Source: Sphaeroforma arctica JP610 (taxonomy: Eukaryota). From it: a stretch of 37,265 bases of DNA. The DNA lies in contig NW_014040016.1 in the NCBI RefSeq assembly GCF_001186125.1, positions 24,744 to 62,008 of the forward strand, read 5' to 3'. This document shows, in pieces, positions 1 through 12,296 of this stretch (the first letter of the stretch is position 1; every line of letters starts with the position of its first letter). The position numbers were made by a program, and so were the translations under genes. The notes under the pieces are model-generated. The model was not told where the DNA came from, did no database searches, and saw only the letters and a program-made list of their open reading frames with translations.

Positions 1-30
1 CGTGTGCGTGTGCGCGTGTATAAATATTTA

Positions 31-69
<39 letters not shown>

Positions 70-842
70 CACACGCACACGCATAATATATATATATACA
101 TATATAATTTGGTTTGTAATTTAGCTCACAACTATCTTCTAATTAGCTTCAAATACGGGTGCTTTGTAGTTATCTGTCCTCATATATACCGGTACATGCG
201 AAATATTTTATGCAACTGATATCGACACGTTGTATATATATCCTACGACATATAGAATTTGACTATAGTATGGAATGTACGGTCCTTGAGGTCATGTGTA
301 TTGTTTATCTGTTTTCATCCGTAGTATACACGTATGCTCAAAGCTGCATTGTAGAATCGAATCTGAACTACATTTTCAACTGTAGCAGTGATCTTGTACG
401 TATTAATATATGATTTGTATGAGACTGTTACTCAATTATGCCTTCGTTAGAAGCGATTTCATCCAGATATTTCTCTTATATGCATATGCATTGACCAACA
501 CGGAACTGCGGTCTGCGAACATTTTTTTTTGTACATCTACGCCTACGCTCATACTAGCTCGTATATAGTCGTGTATAATTCGTATATAGACGTGTATAAT
601 TAGATGTGTTGTATGCGCAATGTAAATTACTTGAGATTATGGAATCCCCAGGTGTTTTTATCTGCGAATGGCTTTCTATCTTAGCTGGTGGACCTGGTTG
701 CCTGCGTGTACACATTTGCTTACAGTCAAAGACATTTACGACATGTTTGTGGCCCGATAAAAAGGGTTCAATTTAAATTTCGTACCCCCAGCGCTGAATT
801 CCTTTGCCTGTGCTGACGTGATTAACCCTCATTTTGTTGTAG

Positions 843-1496
843 GTGCACATCGTACAAGGGATCACGCGCGAGTTCCATCGTCGCCCCCACTAGTAGGCTC
901 AGTATTATTGGTACCTTGGAAGCAATCGATCGCGGCTGACAGTTCGCATGTCAATAAGACACTGCTCGACTTACTGACCCAACCCACACGATCAAATGTG
1001 ACCAAACCTGCCCTTGCCAGTCTGGAAGCTTTCGCACCGGAGCTGGTTGTGCCCCGTATGGATATCTCTGGACCGGCAGCCGAGAGTGTTGTAGAGGAGA
1101 CGAGCAAGGTGGAGTACGAGGCGGGAAGCGTTATCAAGAAGCGCAAGTTGAAGATGAAGAAACATAAATACAAGAAATGGAGGTAGGTGCTCGGCCTCAC
1201 TTAGATATACGCGCAACTTGGTGTTTCCTAGCATGCACACAGTTGAACTCCTTTCTGACACCGATTCATCGCCTTTTTACGTATTTTATGTAGTTAGTGT
1301 TGCGATGCTGTAGGTGTGCATACATTCCGGCTACGTCTTACCGCACTATCATAGATTCGCGTTGCGGTGACCGTTGCCTATGGCTTTTCAGAAGTATCAT
1401 TGATCGGCCGTGTTCTATTAACTCACTCTCCACACCACCCTTATTTCCTATAGGAAAAAGATGCGTCCGTTGTGGCAGAAACTAGGAAAAGTGTAA
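843..1496 (+). CDS. Mitochondrial small ribosomal subunit protein mS38 / COX24 / AURKAIP1 family (DUF1713), 5' exon(s) not identified
   Basis: Exon 843-1182 (branch-like tgctgac 811-817, acceptor ag 841-842, donor gtaggt) spliced to 1454-1496 gives ...GSVIKKRKLKMKKHKYKKWRKKMRPLWQKLGKV*. This matches the highly basic C-terminal signature SV.KKR..KM.KHK..K.RK of the family. Confidence 0.85.
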
Positions 1497-2595
1497 GCTT
1501 GTCCCGGCTTCTTGCACGCTGTTCTGACTGCTGCGACCTTAGACACGGTTTAGAAGGGAACACATCAAGCTCAAACTCACAAGCTTACAGGATTCGGATG
1601 TGGTGTATCTTCCCAGATTTCTATGCTATAGTATTACGAGATTGTCGGTGATCAGTCTCACGCTCCACTTCACATCTCATCGACAATTCCAGTTGTACGT
1701 CGCACCTTTTTTTGTTTGGAATGTCATTACTTAGTATTAAAAGGGAGTAATCTGGAATTCATGGTATTCGATCGGATCGGCTACTTGTTCAAAGTTACTC
1801 ATGGATAGCAATCGAACTCTTGTGTGTACGAGTGCGCACAAAATGATTTGTCGCACTCAGCAGAATTTGTAGACTGCATCTGCAGACCATTATGGATATA
1901 ATCTCAACAGGACGAGATTCAAGTCCGTCGAATGTTTGTCGAACGGTTCGTCATTTCACTCAAATTGCGCATGTGACATTGAGGCGATAGTGTTTTCACT
2001 GCGGCGCACAAACGTGATTTGTATCCATCCAAATGCATCTCACAAGGTGACCTTTGGACACGACCATGGGCGTAACCCATATAATTACCATCCGAATAAG
2101 TATTGGCAGGTTGATAAGAAGTGGATGAAAGTGCTCGGTGCTGATATTCTGGCGGCGAAAGCACGCTCTTTCTAGTCATCTCTCACCGTCCCTATGGTCA
2201 GTGTAGTGCAGGAATAGGCTGTATCTACACTATAGTGTTAAGTGTCGCAGATCGCTCCTGACGCATAAGTGTGTGCCCGAGGTCCACACTTCGGGACTTC
2301 AAATAGAATGGAGACCAACATATTATGGGAGAGTGGCGCACAGAAGGTTAAAACACCTATTGATAGTAGTGCCACAACTACAAAAGTCTGTCATTTTCTA
2401 TTCGACGCTATCACAATATTGTCATTACTATTGCAAACGAATGCTCCTGCAGACTTACAGCAACCGGTCGGCAGAAAAGTAGATACGAGACACAAAGGTG
2501 TCAATTTAGTCACTCGACACACGTCGGGATCTCTTAATGGTAGTATACTGCTAAATTTATTTACTTTCGACATCTTCATGACATGCTGAACAAAA

Positions 2596-5500
2596 TCAAT
2601 TGAATACAGTCTTTAGCGCGTCCTCAAAGATCTCCATGGCCTCGTCTACCTCACCCGCACTGACAGTTAGAGGAGGAATGAAGCGTACGGTCTCAAATAC
2701 ACTCGTGTTGAGCAGCATCATGCCTCTATTTAGACACTCTACAGTTACTTGTTTCGCGGTGTTCGCAGGCACATCTTTGTTGAATTCTAATCCGATCATC
2801 AGACCTAGTCCTCGCACATCGTGGATAGGATATTTCTCTGCGAAAAGCAAAGTGTTCGCCGTATTAGAGCATTGACTGAGACCATACATGTCGTGCCCAA
2901 TCGTATCAGCAAACAAAAAATTCTGACACCAAGGGTATCGCCAACGTCACATACCTTGCATCTTGCGCAGCGCCGTCCTCATCTGTTCGCCACGTGCATT
3001 CACATTCTCGAGCAGCTTCTCTTCTCTGAATACTTCCAGAGTCGCCTTGGCAGCCGCACAAGCTACCGCGTTACCTGCAAAAGGCACCCAGTATGGAATT
3101 AATGAGCCGAGGGTAATGATAGCCACACTATGAAATACTAATGCTAGGCAGCGGCAATGCGTTTCGATAATTGTATTCAAAAAGCCGTTGCGTTGCTCTA
3201 TTGTGCATACGAGGGCCGGGCTGTGCCAACAATCTAAAAACTCTCACAAATACAGTAAAAGGTTGCTCTGAATTTGTCATTTTCATATTGGCTATTGAGA
3301 GGACAGTGATTTCTCACACAGCCCAAGTGCACATATACGAGATGCCCTGAATTTTCGCGCGGTAAAATTTAAAACACCATACGGAAATTGAATTGCGTAA
3401 ATATGAGACTGGGAATGCAGAGCTTTTGAAGGTTTGGAACTATAAACGCACTGCTATTAGCGATGCGTTCGTTCTGATCGTACCACTAGATAGTGAAACA
3501 ACCTGCACTTCGACGGCACTCTGAAACCACCAATAGCCCCAGACCTATAGCGCTTCTACCGCAGCTCCGTGTCAGACCTGTAGTCAGCCTATCGAATACG
3601 CGAATCACGTTTGATACACCTATGATGTAAGCATAGTTGTTACCTCTAACGACAAAGACAAAAGACCACACTAACCTGCATAGGTGCCACCCATGGAACC
3701 GACGACCTGCTTATCCATCAGCTCTTTTCGGCTCACAATTGCGCTCAACGGGAAACCAGATGCAAGACCCTACAGATAGTATGGAATAGATGAACATATT
3801 AGAACAACTAAGACAGGTCGTAAGCAATGCCAGTATCAACAGAAAGGGGCAAAAGAACACCAGCGTGCACGGGATCACTGACACCTACACTTTCAAAAGT
3901 GACATACAAAAGAAAATACCCTGGACTACACATTATGTGCATCCACTAAGTATATTGTGTCATTGTTATTGCTTGTATAGAAATTATCACTCGTCCACAT
4001 GAAAGTGAGATATACAAAAAGCAATACCCTGGACTACCCATTGTGTGTATTTACAAAGTATATTCTATTATTGTCATTGTTAGCTTCGCAAGTATCCCGT
4101 AGTTAAACAAATTAAAGCTTCATTCAAAACAAAAACCGTGACACATGATTAGAACAAGCACAAACACAAAAGTACAAAGAAAAGCGGTTCACAAACAGCA
4201 AGAGCATTCTCATACATATGCATTGAATAGTTTAGAAGTATACCAGGAAATTTGATCCACAACATTTTCTGCTGGCCAAGAATATTTCCCGACCCTTATA
4301 TAATTGCAAAAATACACGCAAGATATAGACAAATATAGGCGCAAGAATTATACAAATTGAATCTTCTACATCGATCACTCAATTGACCACACATGTTGAC
4401 GGCAGTCACGTAGCACAGACAAAATCTTAAAGTTCAAAACCTTCCCAATCTAAGACAAGCCAAGACCTACCTTAGCCATGACCATGATATCCGGGACCAC
4501 ATCGAAGTTCTCGACCGCAAACATCTTCCCAGTTCGACCGAATCCTGTTTGGACCTCATCAGCAATGAACAAGACATCTCTCTCTTTAGCCATTCGCTTC
4601 ACTTCCTTTAGAAAATCAGGAGGAGGTGCCACATACCCACCCTCGCCTAATACGGGCTCCATGATGATGGCACAGGTGTCCTCTGCCGCTGTCTGCTGCT
4701 TGAACAGCAACTCCAAGCTTTCCAGACAGTATGAGGTCATGTCACTGTGACTGTGGGCAGGCACTTGGCGTTCGTACGGGAAAGGCGTCACAAACACCCC
4801 AGGGACAGTGGGCCCGAACCCGGCACTGTAGACAGTCTTGGAGGTGGTGAGCGCCATAGTGCCAAAGGTACGTCCGTGATAGCCTCCGTGTGAGACGATG
4901 ACATTGTTCTTACGCGTCACACTGCGCGCTAGCTTTATCGCGGATTCAACTGATTCGGCACCGGAGTTCCAGAAGATGAACGAGTCCAAAGAAGGGTCTG
5001 GCATGACCTCCAGCAGGGGTGTAATTAGGTCGCCCATAATCTCGGATGAGAATATATTGACTTGACTGTGGATGATCTTTCCGGTCTGTTCCTGGGCAGC
5101 CTTGACCACCTTAGGGTGACAGTGACCTGCACCAGAGCAAAGGTAATAAACCGAGTATGTACAAACGTGCTCTGATACGACATGACATGATGAGGATATG
5201 GATCTTGAATGTAGTTAAAAGACTAGCATCAGTTGACTTTGGGATTAATTTCGTGATAGGCTATGTACCATTTATCAACCCACGTATAAGCACTGACAGA
5301 GACTAAGGCGGTAAACTGAATAATTATTGCCCAAAGAAAATCGCGCACACTCGGCACAGTATCTTCTATCAGTGCCATATCAGATTATAGTTGAATGTGA
5401 ATCGTTTCAGAAAATTGAAAGAAAAATATGGTATTCTCTCACAATATGTTCAGCAAAATCGTGAAATCCTGGCTATCACATAGTAATATAGTTTCTTACA

Positions 5501-5646
5501 GCAGCGTATTTGATTATAAAAACGCACAAAGGGTAGGCCACTTTATTGCTTTTGCTTAAAGCACGTACGATCATACAAATAAAAGATGTGCCATATGAAA
5601 TATAATGAAGTGAATAGATATAAGACGCCGCACGTCAAGAAAGATA

Positions 5647-5712
<66 letters not shown>

Positions 5713-5741
5713 TACACACACACACACTACTACTACTCTCT

Positions 5742-5773
<32 letters not shown>

Positions 5774-6271
5774 TATATATATATATATTCAAGTAACAAG
5801 TCAGACTTAAAATTAATTCTTCAATGCTGAGTCATGAAGTAATGCATACGCAAAGTCAACACCCGAACAGAATACAGGCCTGGGTTGCAGTGCAAAGCAG
5901 CACCAAAGGGATGTCAACTAGAACTGAAGCAGATTTCCGCAAAGGTCATGTAGCTATATGAACACACCTGTGTTGACCACCCCAATGCCCGAGGTGAAAT
6001 CCAAGTACCTACGGCCATCCATAGTAGTTACGTGGGTGCCACTAGCGTGTGAGATAACCACATCCGAAAAGGGTGTGATAGCCTTGCCGACATGTGCTCG
6101 TGTGTACTTATACATATGCTTTTCCTGTTCAGGCGTAGATACACTATCTTTGGAAGTACTGTGTACAGAAGAATGATTTACATCTGGCACTGAGCTGTAT
6201 AAAGCCCTCGCGGTGTAGCACGCCTCAACGGCACTGGAGCGGAACCCTCGAACGGACATTGTGGACAGCAT
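2596..6271 (-). CDS. PLP-dependent class III aminotransferase, 4-aminobutyrate aminotransferase (GabT)-like, with predicted mitochondrial presequence; ~471 aa
   Basis: Five phase-consistent exons: 6271-5968, 5126-4471, 3769-3676, 3074-2955, 2837-2596. Motifs are YLDFTSGIGVVNTGHCHP, NSGAESVE, GGYHGRT, EPVLGEGGY, FIADEVQTGFGRTG, the PLP lysine in MAKGLASGFPLS, GGTYAGN, VRGLGLMIG and VRFIPPL. The N-terminus MLSTMSVRGFRSS is Arg/Ser-rich. Substrate specificity is inferred. Confidence 0.9.
3895..4082. repeat. Degenerate direct repeat (~75-80 bp, two copies) in an aminotransferase intron
   Basis: aaagtga..atacaaaa..aataccctggactac.catt.tgtg.at...aagtatatt...tgtcattgtta occurs at ~3895 and ~4002. 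Confidence 0.8.
5649..5790. repeat. (TA)n/(CA)n compound microsatellite, intronic
   Basis: Directly visible dinucleotide runs. Confidence 0.95.
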
Positions 6272-6819
6272 CGTGAGTGAGGATACTAGAAAAGTGCGAG
6301 TAATATCTTTATATTAAGAAAGATTGTAAATCGCAGATATGAAAGCTGCATGAAGCTGCGTAGTGTATATATATCTATGTAATATCCGCAACTTGTTTGA
6401 TCTTGTCACCTGTTAAAGTCACAAGTTTCTCGGCTGTTCGGCTTTTAGCCTTGAACTTCTATTTCGCAGAAGCATAATAGATACATGTACCGAATACTTC
6501 TCACTTCGGCTTCTGGAAGCTCTTCCGAAGATTGATAACGGTACTAATGTCTGATTCGTCCAAAAAGCTGTAGCTCATTGCTGCTCTTCCCAACAGCATC
6601 GCAGAATTATACTAGCTTTTTTTAGCTAAAATCTTTTCTACAGAAAAAAATACCTGTACCCACCAGAACAATCTATCAGAATGCATTCCTAAAAAAGAAT
6701 TAATATATATATTTAGTAAACACACAAGACAGTCAGTCACAAGCAGATGTGACCATACATATTTGAAAAATAAATATGCGTATTGATATAACTTTGAATC
6801 GTACGCAATATCTCGAACG
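6272..6819. promoter_or_regulatory. Putative bidirectional promoter region (aminotransferase / Bud6-like)
   Basis: 548 bp between divergent start codons. No specific element was identified, so this is positional inference. Confidence 0.45.
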
Positions 6820-9800
6820 ATGGGTCACAGCAAAAAACCAGTGACGCTATTCGTGTCGTTACGCAGTCGCACAAAGAAACACAATCACATACGATACACA
6901 ACAACGAACAAATATGTTTCTAGGCTCAAGGTGGAGTTATTGGGAGTCTTCCAGGAGAAGAGTGTGGTTGGAGATGGCGAGGCCGATTTTTGTCTACAGA
7001 TGACATGCCCAAAGTACTCTGTGCAATACGATCTTGAAAACTACGAGGTAAAGATCGCAACGAAATCGAAAGCAAAATAATTTTTTTATGTTTAGTGACA
7101 CACCTATGACACATTGTTTACATATACATTGTTTACATATACATTGTNNNNNNNNNNNNNNNNNNNNNNNNNNNNNNNNNNNNNNNNNNNNNNNNNNNNN
7201 NNNNNNNNNNNNNNNNNNNNNNNNNNNNNNNNNNNNNNNNNNNNNNNNNNNNNNNNNNNNNNNNNNNNNNNNNNNNNNNNNNNNNNNNNNNNNNNNNNNN
7301 NNNNNNNNNNNNNNNNNNNNNNNNNNNNNNNNNNNNNNNNNNNNNNNNNNNNNNNNNNNNNNNNNNNNNNNNNNNNNNNNNNNNNNNNNNNNNNNNNNNN
7401 NNNNNNNNNNNNNNNNNNNNNNNNNNNNNNNNNNNNNNNNNNNNNNNNNNNNNNNNNNNNNNNNNNNNNNNNNNNNNNNNNNNNNNNNNNNNNNNNNNNN
7501 NNNNNNNNNNNNNNNNNNNNNNNNNNNNNNNNNNNNNNNNNNNNNNNNNNNNNNNNNNNNNNNNNNNNNNNNNNNNNNNNNNNNNNNNNNNNNNNNNNNN
7601 NNNNNNNNNNNNNNNNNNNNNNNNNNNNNNNNNNNNNNNNNNNNNNNNNNNNNNNNNNNNNNNNNNNNNNNNNNNNNNNNNNNNNNNNNNNNNNNNNNNN
7701 NNNNNNNNNNNNNNNNNNNNNNNNNNNNNNNNNNNNNNNNNNNNNNNNNNNNNNNNNNNNNNNNNNNNNNNNNNNNNNNNNNNNNNNNNNNNNNNNNNNN
7801 NNNNNNNNNNNNNNNNNNNNNNNNNNNNNNNNNNNNNNNNNNNNNNNNNNNNNNNNNNNNNNNNNNNNNNNNNNNNNNNNNNNNNNNNNNNNNNNNNNNN
7901 NNNNNNNNNNNNNNNNNNNNNNNNNNNNNNNNNNNNNNNNNNNNNNNNNNNNNNNNNNNNNNNNNNNNNNNNNNNNNNNNNNNNNNNNNNNNNNNNNNNN
8001 NNNNNNNNNNNNNNNNNNNNNNNNNNNNNNNNNNNNNNNNNNNNNNNCAAATATATATATACATATATTTATAAATGATGAATTTTAATGTATATGTTCA
8101 TGTGTAAGTTTATGTATATATAAACATATGTATATATATTTAAACTTTATGGTTGTATTTCAGTTGCCACGGAACATTACGTCATCTCAGCTAAGACTCT
8201 CATCAATCTGTTGGTCTCCATAGAATTGTGCTTTCGTTTTAAACTAAGTGTGCAATGCCCTTGCAATAATGTTTATGTTGATACCCCCTCCCCCCCCCAT
8301 AGGATGTGTGCGATGGTGCTCATCTTTTTCTTGTGCCATGCAACTCTGAAAATACCTCAGCTGCCATCACCAACGACAAAAAACTAGATATATTGCTTAC
8401 GCAAACAAAGACTTTGGAATCACTTTTATTAATTCGAAACAGGTGAGATTTTAATATGTTGCGGCTCATATTTCTTCACGTGTGTAGTGTAGGTATATTA
8501 CTATTTCATAGTGTACGCTGAGAAGGTTGGAGCGAGTGTTTTATTCTTTCAACTGTGACAGGAGAATTTGACCGTGAGCAATTTTTCGACTGCGAGCAGA
8601 GTATTAAGGTGTGAATAGTTATTTTCATTTCATATAGCCTTCGAAAATAGAGACATGATGTTCTCGCACCCGAACTCCATCATATATATGCAGCTTATAT
8701 ATTCTTTTAAAAATTATTTATTCGTGGAGATATACTTGTCTTCTTACGGTAGTTTGTTCGCGTAACATATATAAGAGGGTAACTTTCAAAATATTCGTAT
8801 ATGTGTGTTCTCTAGATCATTTCTGTATCCGTTATATCGGACTTCGGATGTCGTTCCCGAATGATCCTTGATGATAAACCAATCTGTGAAAGAGAATATA
8901 CGTATTTATCTCGTCTGCCCAGTAACACTTTGGAACGGGGCCTGCAACAAGCAAAGTCTACCTCAGAGGCTTTGGCGAACGATTTGCATTCGTTGCGCTC
9001 TTCGACGACGGCAGAGTTTTTGCAATTCAGTATGTATTCCAGTACGATTCCATCGGTTTGTATCTTGCGCGGTTTGCTCGAATGTGAGTAGAATAGCTTT
9101 TGCAACCAGTGATAGTGTTATCGTGTATACGGTTGGAGTCCGCAATTCTACATCACGACCCGATTCAGTATGTTGTATCAGCACTGCTCATGACGTGATG
9201 ATTGCTGCCTTGCTCGTATGTGTTACATGCATCCGTCAATCCAACTCTGAGGAGTTCTAGACTAAAGCTTGAATTCGTGGATGCATTCTATAGCACAGCT
9301 GTATCTTCATTTTCCATATTCTCAGCTGAATTTTCAATATGAAAAATGAGAGTCATAAATTGGAGCCCCGGCTATTATTATACTTTAAAGTTGCCTGTTA
9401 CAGTTTTTGGTCGAAAGGTCATTCATAGAATTACTTGAGTGCAAACAGTAAGTTGAACAATACCTAACCTAACCTCCCACTGTTTTGTGTATTCCGTTGG
9501 ATACGGTCGGAAAATACTACTGTGAATCACAAGCAAATGTTGTGGTCGTGCGATAAATCGATATTTGCTGTGGATTCTTGTTTTGATGATGTCGTGCTAT
9601 CATACCGTCGCAGATTTATTCCTTTTGTCGTCGAAAGCTGAGGTAGCTCGTCTTATTCGAAGCGAAACGGCCAGTAACAATCCCGCGGCAAAATTAAGGC
9701 GGATTGCTAGTGAGAAGGTATCAAAACAGGTTTTCTACTCGACAGTTTTGCATGTGTATTACGACTGAGAAAGTACATTTTGGGCTATGTGTTGCGTACT

Positions 9801-11828
9801 ATTTTGATTCTCTGCCAACCTCGCGAAACTGTCGTTGGATTAGATCCTGGCCGAAGTTTTAGTGTTGGTGCTGTTTCTGTTTCTCAGACTCAAAACCACA
9901 ATTTTTTTTCTTTCTCACAGCTTAAAGAATATATCAGAGCAGCCGATACGACCACAGATAATGTACATCGAGCCTGTGCGCTTGTGGACAGCCTTTCCCG
10001 CGATGTGGTCCAACTCGGTGTCAGGCCTGGAAGAGATAGTTTAGGAGAAAGTGAGTATCACCCATATGAGTGCTTTGGCAGTGCGTGCTACACTCAAGCG
10101 TTGAATTCTGTGCGCTGACTTGCTTTGTGCCTGCTGCTGTCACCATTGGTAGATTCGCACTGTCTATTGAGTAGTGTAGCGTTTGGCATCGTTAGATTGA
10201 TTTCTTTGGTCGATGAGCATGCAGCGTACGCGTGATTTTCGTTGATTGGCGATTTTTTTTATTCTGGTTGTTCTATTGATTTTCAGTTACCGATGCGATG
10301 AAGTCGATTGACACAGAAGTAGTGAATTTGCGACAAATATTCGAAGAAACCGATGGTATGTTTTAAGATGAAGCCTGTTAGTGCTTGGGCGGCACACTTT
10401 CGTAAGCATTAAGTTTCGTTGTGTACATTTCTGTATTTTCTCGTAATTCTCTCTCGTACGTTGCTAATGCATTCATGATATCCAGCAGCCAATTTTAAAT
10501 CTGGGCACTTCTTTTGGATAGCCAAGCCTACATGCCATGCTAATGGTGCTTGTGTGACCGTATTCTGATTTTGTCAATATAAGCCACAATTTAAAATAAA
10601 AAAATCTATTCGTTGTGCAATCTTGGGACTCTCCTTTTAAGAACTTGTGTACACTTGCATGACTCAGTAGCTCAATCATTCACTAAATTGAGTGCTTCGT
10701 ATATGATTATCTTTGTTGCAGAGCACTTAAGCGCAGTTTGGAAAGAGGAACTCAGTTTAATTCTAGAAGAGGAGAATTTTGTCAAGGTACTGCTGGCGAC
10801 TAGCATTTCTATACTGAAAATTGAATACTGAAAATTACTAAGAAGAAATTGCTTTAAGTATTGGAATCTTCTGGCCTCTTCTCGCCTAATTTTTCAAATA
10901 TATCCTATATCATTCACTTCAACTCGCATTTCGTCAGGATGAGCGATTGAATTTGACCATACAAGAGGAGACGGTCGAAGACACCTTGCAAGCATTTGAA
11001 ACGCTTACAAAGTTCATTTTCATGCGGGTATGGCAAATTGGTTTTTGTGGTTTTGTCTTATTGTGAGAGCAGATGGTCACATAAACACACCTGTATGTCT
11101 ACTACGGCATTCTGGTATGTTCTCAAATCTGTCACTTTTCTGTCCTTGACTATTGTGCGGCTATCGGGATCGATGTTCAGGAACGTTTACCTAAAAAGCA
11201 AGTCATCATTCGAGTCCCGAAGGATATCAAACGAGAAGCCGCTCATCAGGTATGTTCAGCAGCACGCCCTATCGCGAACATGACTATATTTCCGAGTGAT
11301 TACGCTGCCATACATTCGTGTGGTGGATGTACAGGCTTCGAAGAATGTCCGGGCGAGGATGTAGTGGATTGAATATTTCGCTGTGCTTTGTAACAAACAG
11401 ATCATCCTCAGCGAACTCGAGGAGTATCCGAAGGATGAAGGGAGTATAATGGCACATTTAGCGGAGGTGAGGTGACCAAGATGTGAATTTCGAATTGGGT
11501 TTGAGCAGAATATTCAAGTGATACGCTGAGCTACTTTGTATGTTTGCGATTGTGTTTACTTTGATATATTTTAGTATGTAATTACAACTAAAAGTGCTTC
11601 GTGACCAATATTTATATATAATAAACTCCGAATCCTAGATCCCAGATTCGGTGTCGGTGTTGTTTTCGTTTAGCTCTTGTTTTTATTATCTTTGGTTTAG
11701 TCCCTATTTTAAAATTCTGTCTTTCAAAATGTCTGTTCTTGCAGACAGAGAGGCGGCGTCAAGCGCGCATCAATAAGTTCAAAGTCGACGCAGAGCAGGA
11801 AGCCTTGGGCGAGACACCTGATACTTAA
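6820..11828 (+). CDS. Bud6/Aip3 (actin-interacting protein 3) domain protein; ~383 aa, 11 exons
   Basis: Exons 6820-7047, 8303-8442, ~8923-9029 (acceptor least certain), 9614-9717, 9921-10050, 10287-10355, 10722-10786, 10938-11027, 11181-11249, 11401-11466, 11745-11828, all GT-AG and phase-consistent. VTLFVSLRSRTKKH...SVQYDLENYEDVCDGAHLFLV and LVDSLSRDVVQLGVRP...LSAVWKEELSLILEEENFVKDE...EDTLQAFETL resemble the fungal Bud6 patterns LFLQ...KK / ELEDLSDVKD.SVL.L and LRKDV..RGVRP...W.KIWE.EL..VCEE. Intron 1 contains an N gap. Confidence 0.75.
7148..8047. other. Assembly gap (900 N) inside intron 1 of the Bud6-like gene
   Basis: N run flanked by a 15-bp tandem unit (acattgtttacatat) on the left and (TA)n on the right. 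Other gaps lie at 18040-18059, 21789-21908, 23691-23710 and 32468-32488. Confidence 0.99.
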
Positions 11829-12296
11829 GCGACCTGAAATATGAAATAGTACTACTATGCAGATCGCGTGCTACCTGAGCTACTTGCGAACACGTTAGGT
11901 TCACTCTCGGTGTTTGATAATTGGCACGCCTATGATCTGAGATTCCGTACAACGACGGTCAGATGTTCTGGCTTTTCGCGTACGTTCGCGATGTCGATTC
12001 TGTTCACGTATTCAGATTCTGTATAATCCGACTGGTGTAACAGTTCTATCGACAGTATAGCACACAACCTTTGTCCACATCCTGCGCGACCAGGTTGTAT
12101 GTCTTTACATATCTGCTGTCATGCCAGTCTGCTATTCTGATTTGACAGCCAAAAATCCCACGGATACAATCCCATTGGTATTTCCTTGTACTCGTCCGAA
12201 AGCCCGTTTTTCAACAACCTGGATTTCTGGACACATCGGCGACTACGGCTGATTGTATTCCTTCAAGATAAAGTCGGAGAATTTTGAGCTCTTTCT

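Noticed and set aside
639..651. Possible mini first exon ATG GAA TCC CCA G|gtgttt for the mS38 gene
   Set aside because: It is phase-compatible but has a weak donor and gives no mitochondrial presequence. The true first exon probably lies upstream of the window.
1936..2175. 79-aa ORF between convergent genes
   Set aside because: No ATG start, no clear splice linkage and no recognisable motif. Coding status cannot be supported.
6994..8088. Long ORFs of 305-356 aa
   Set aside because: Artefacts of translating through the N gap.
8562..8608. Exon-like AG...GT segment in the Bud6-like gene (GEFDREQFFDCEQSIK)
   Set aside because: It is phase-incompatible with the preceding donor at 8442 and gives an immediate TGA, so it was left out of the model.
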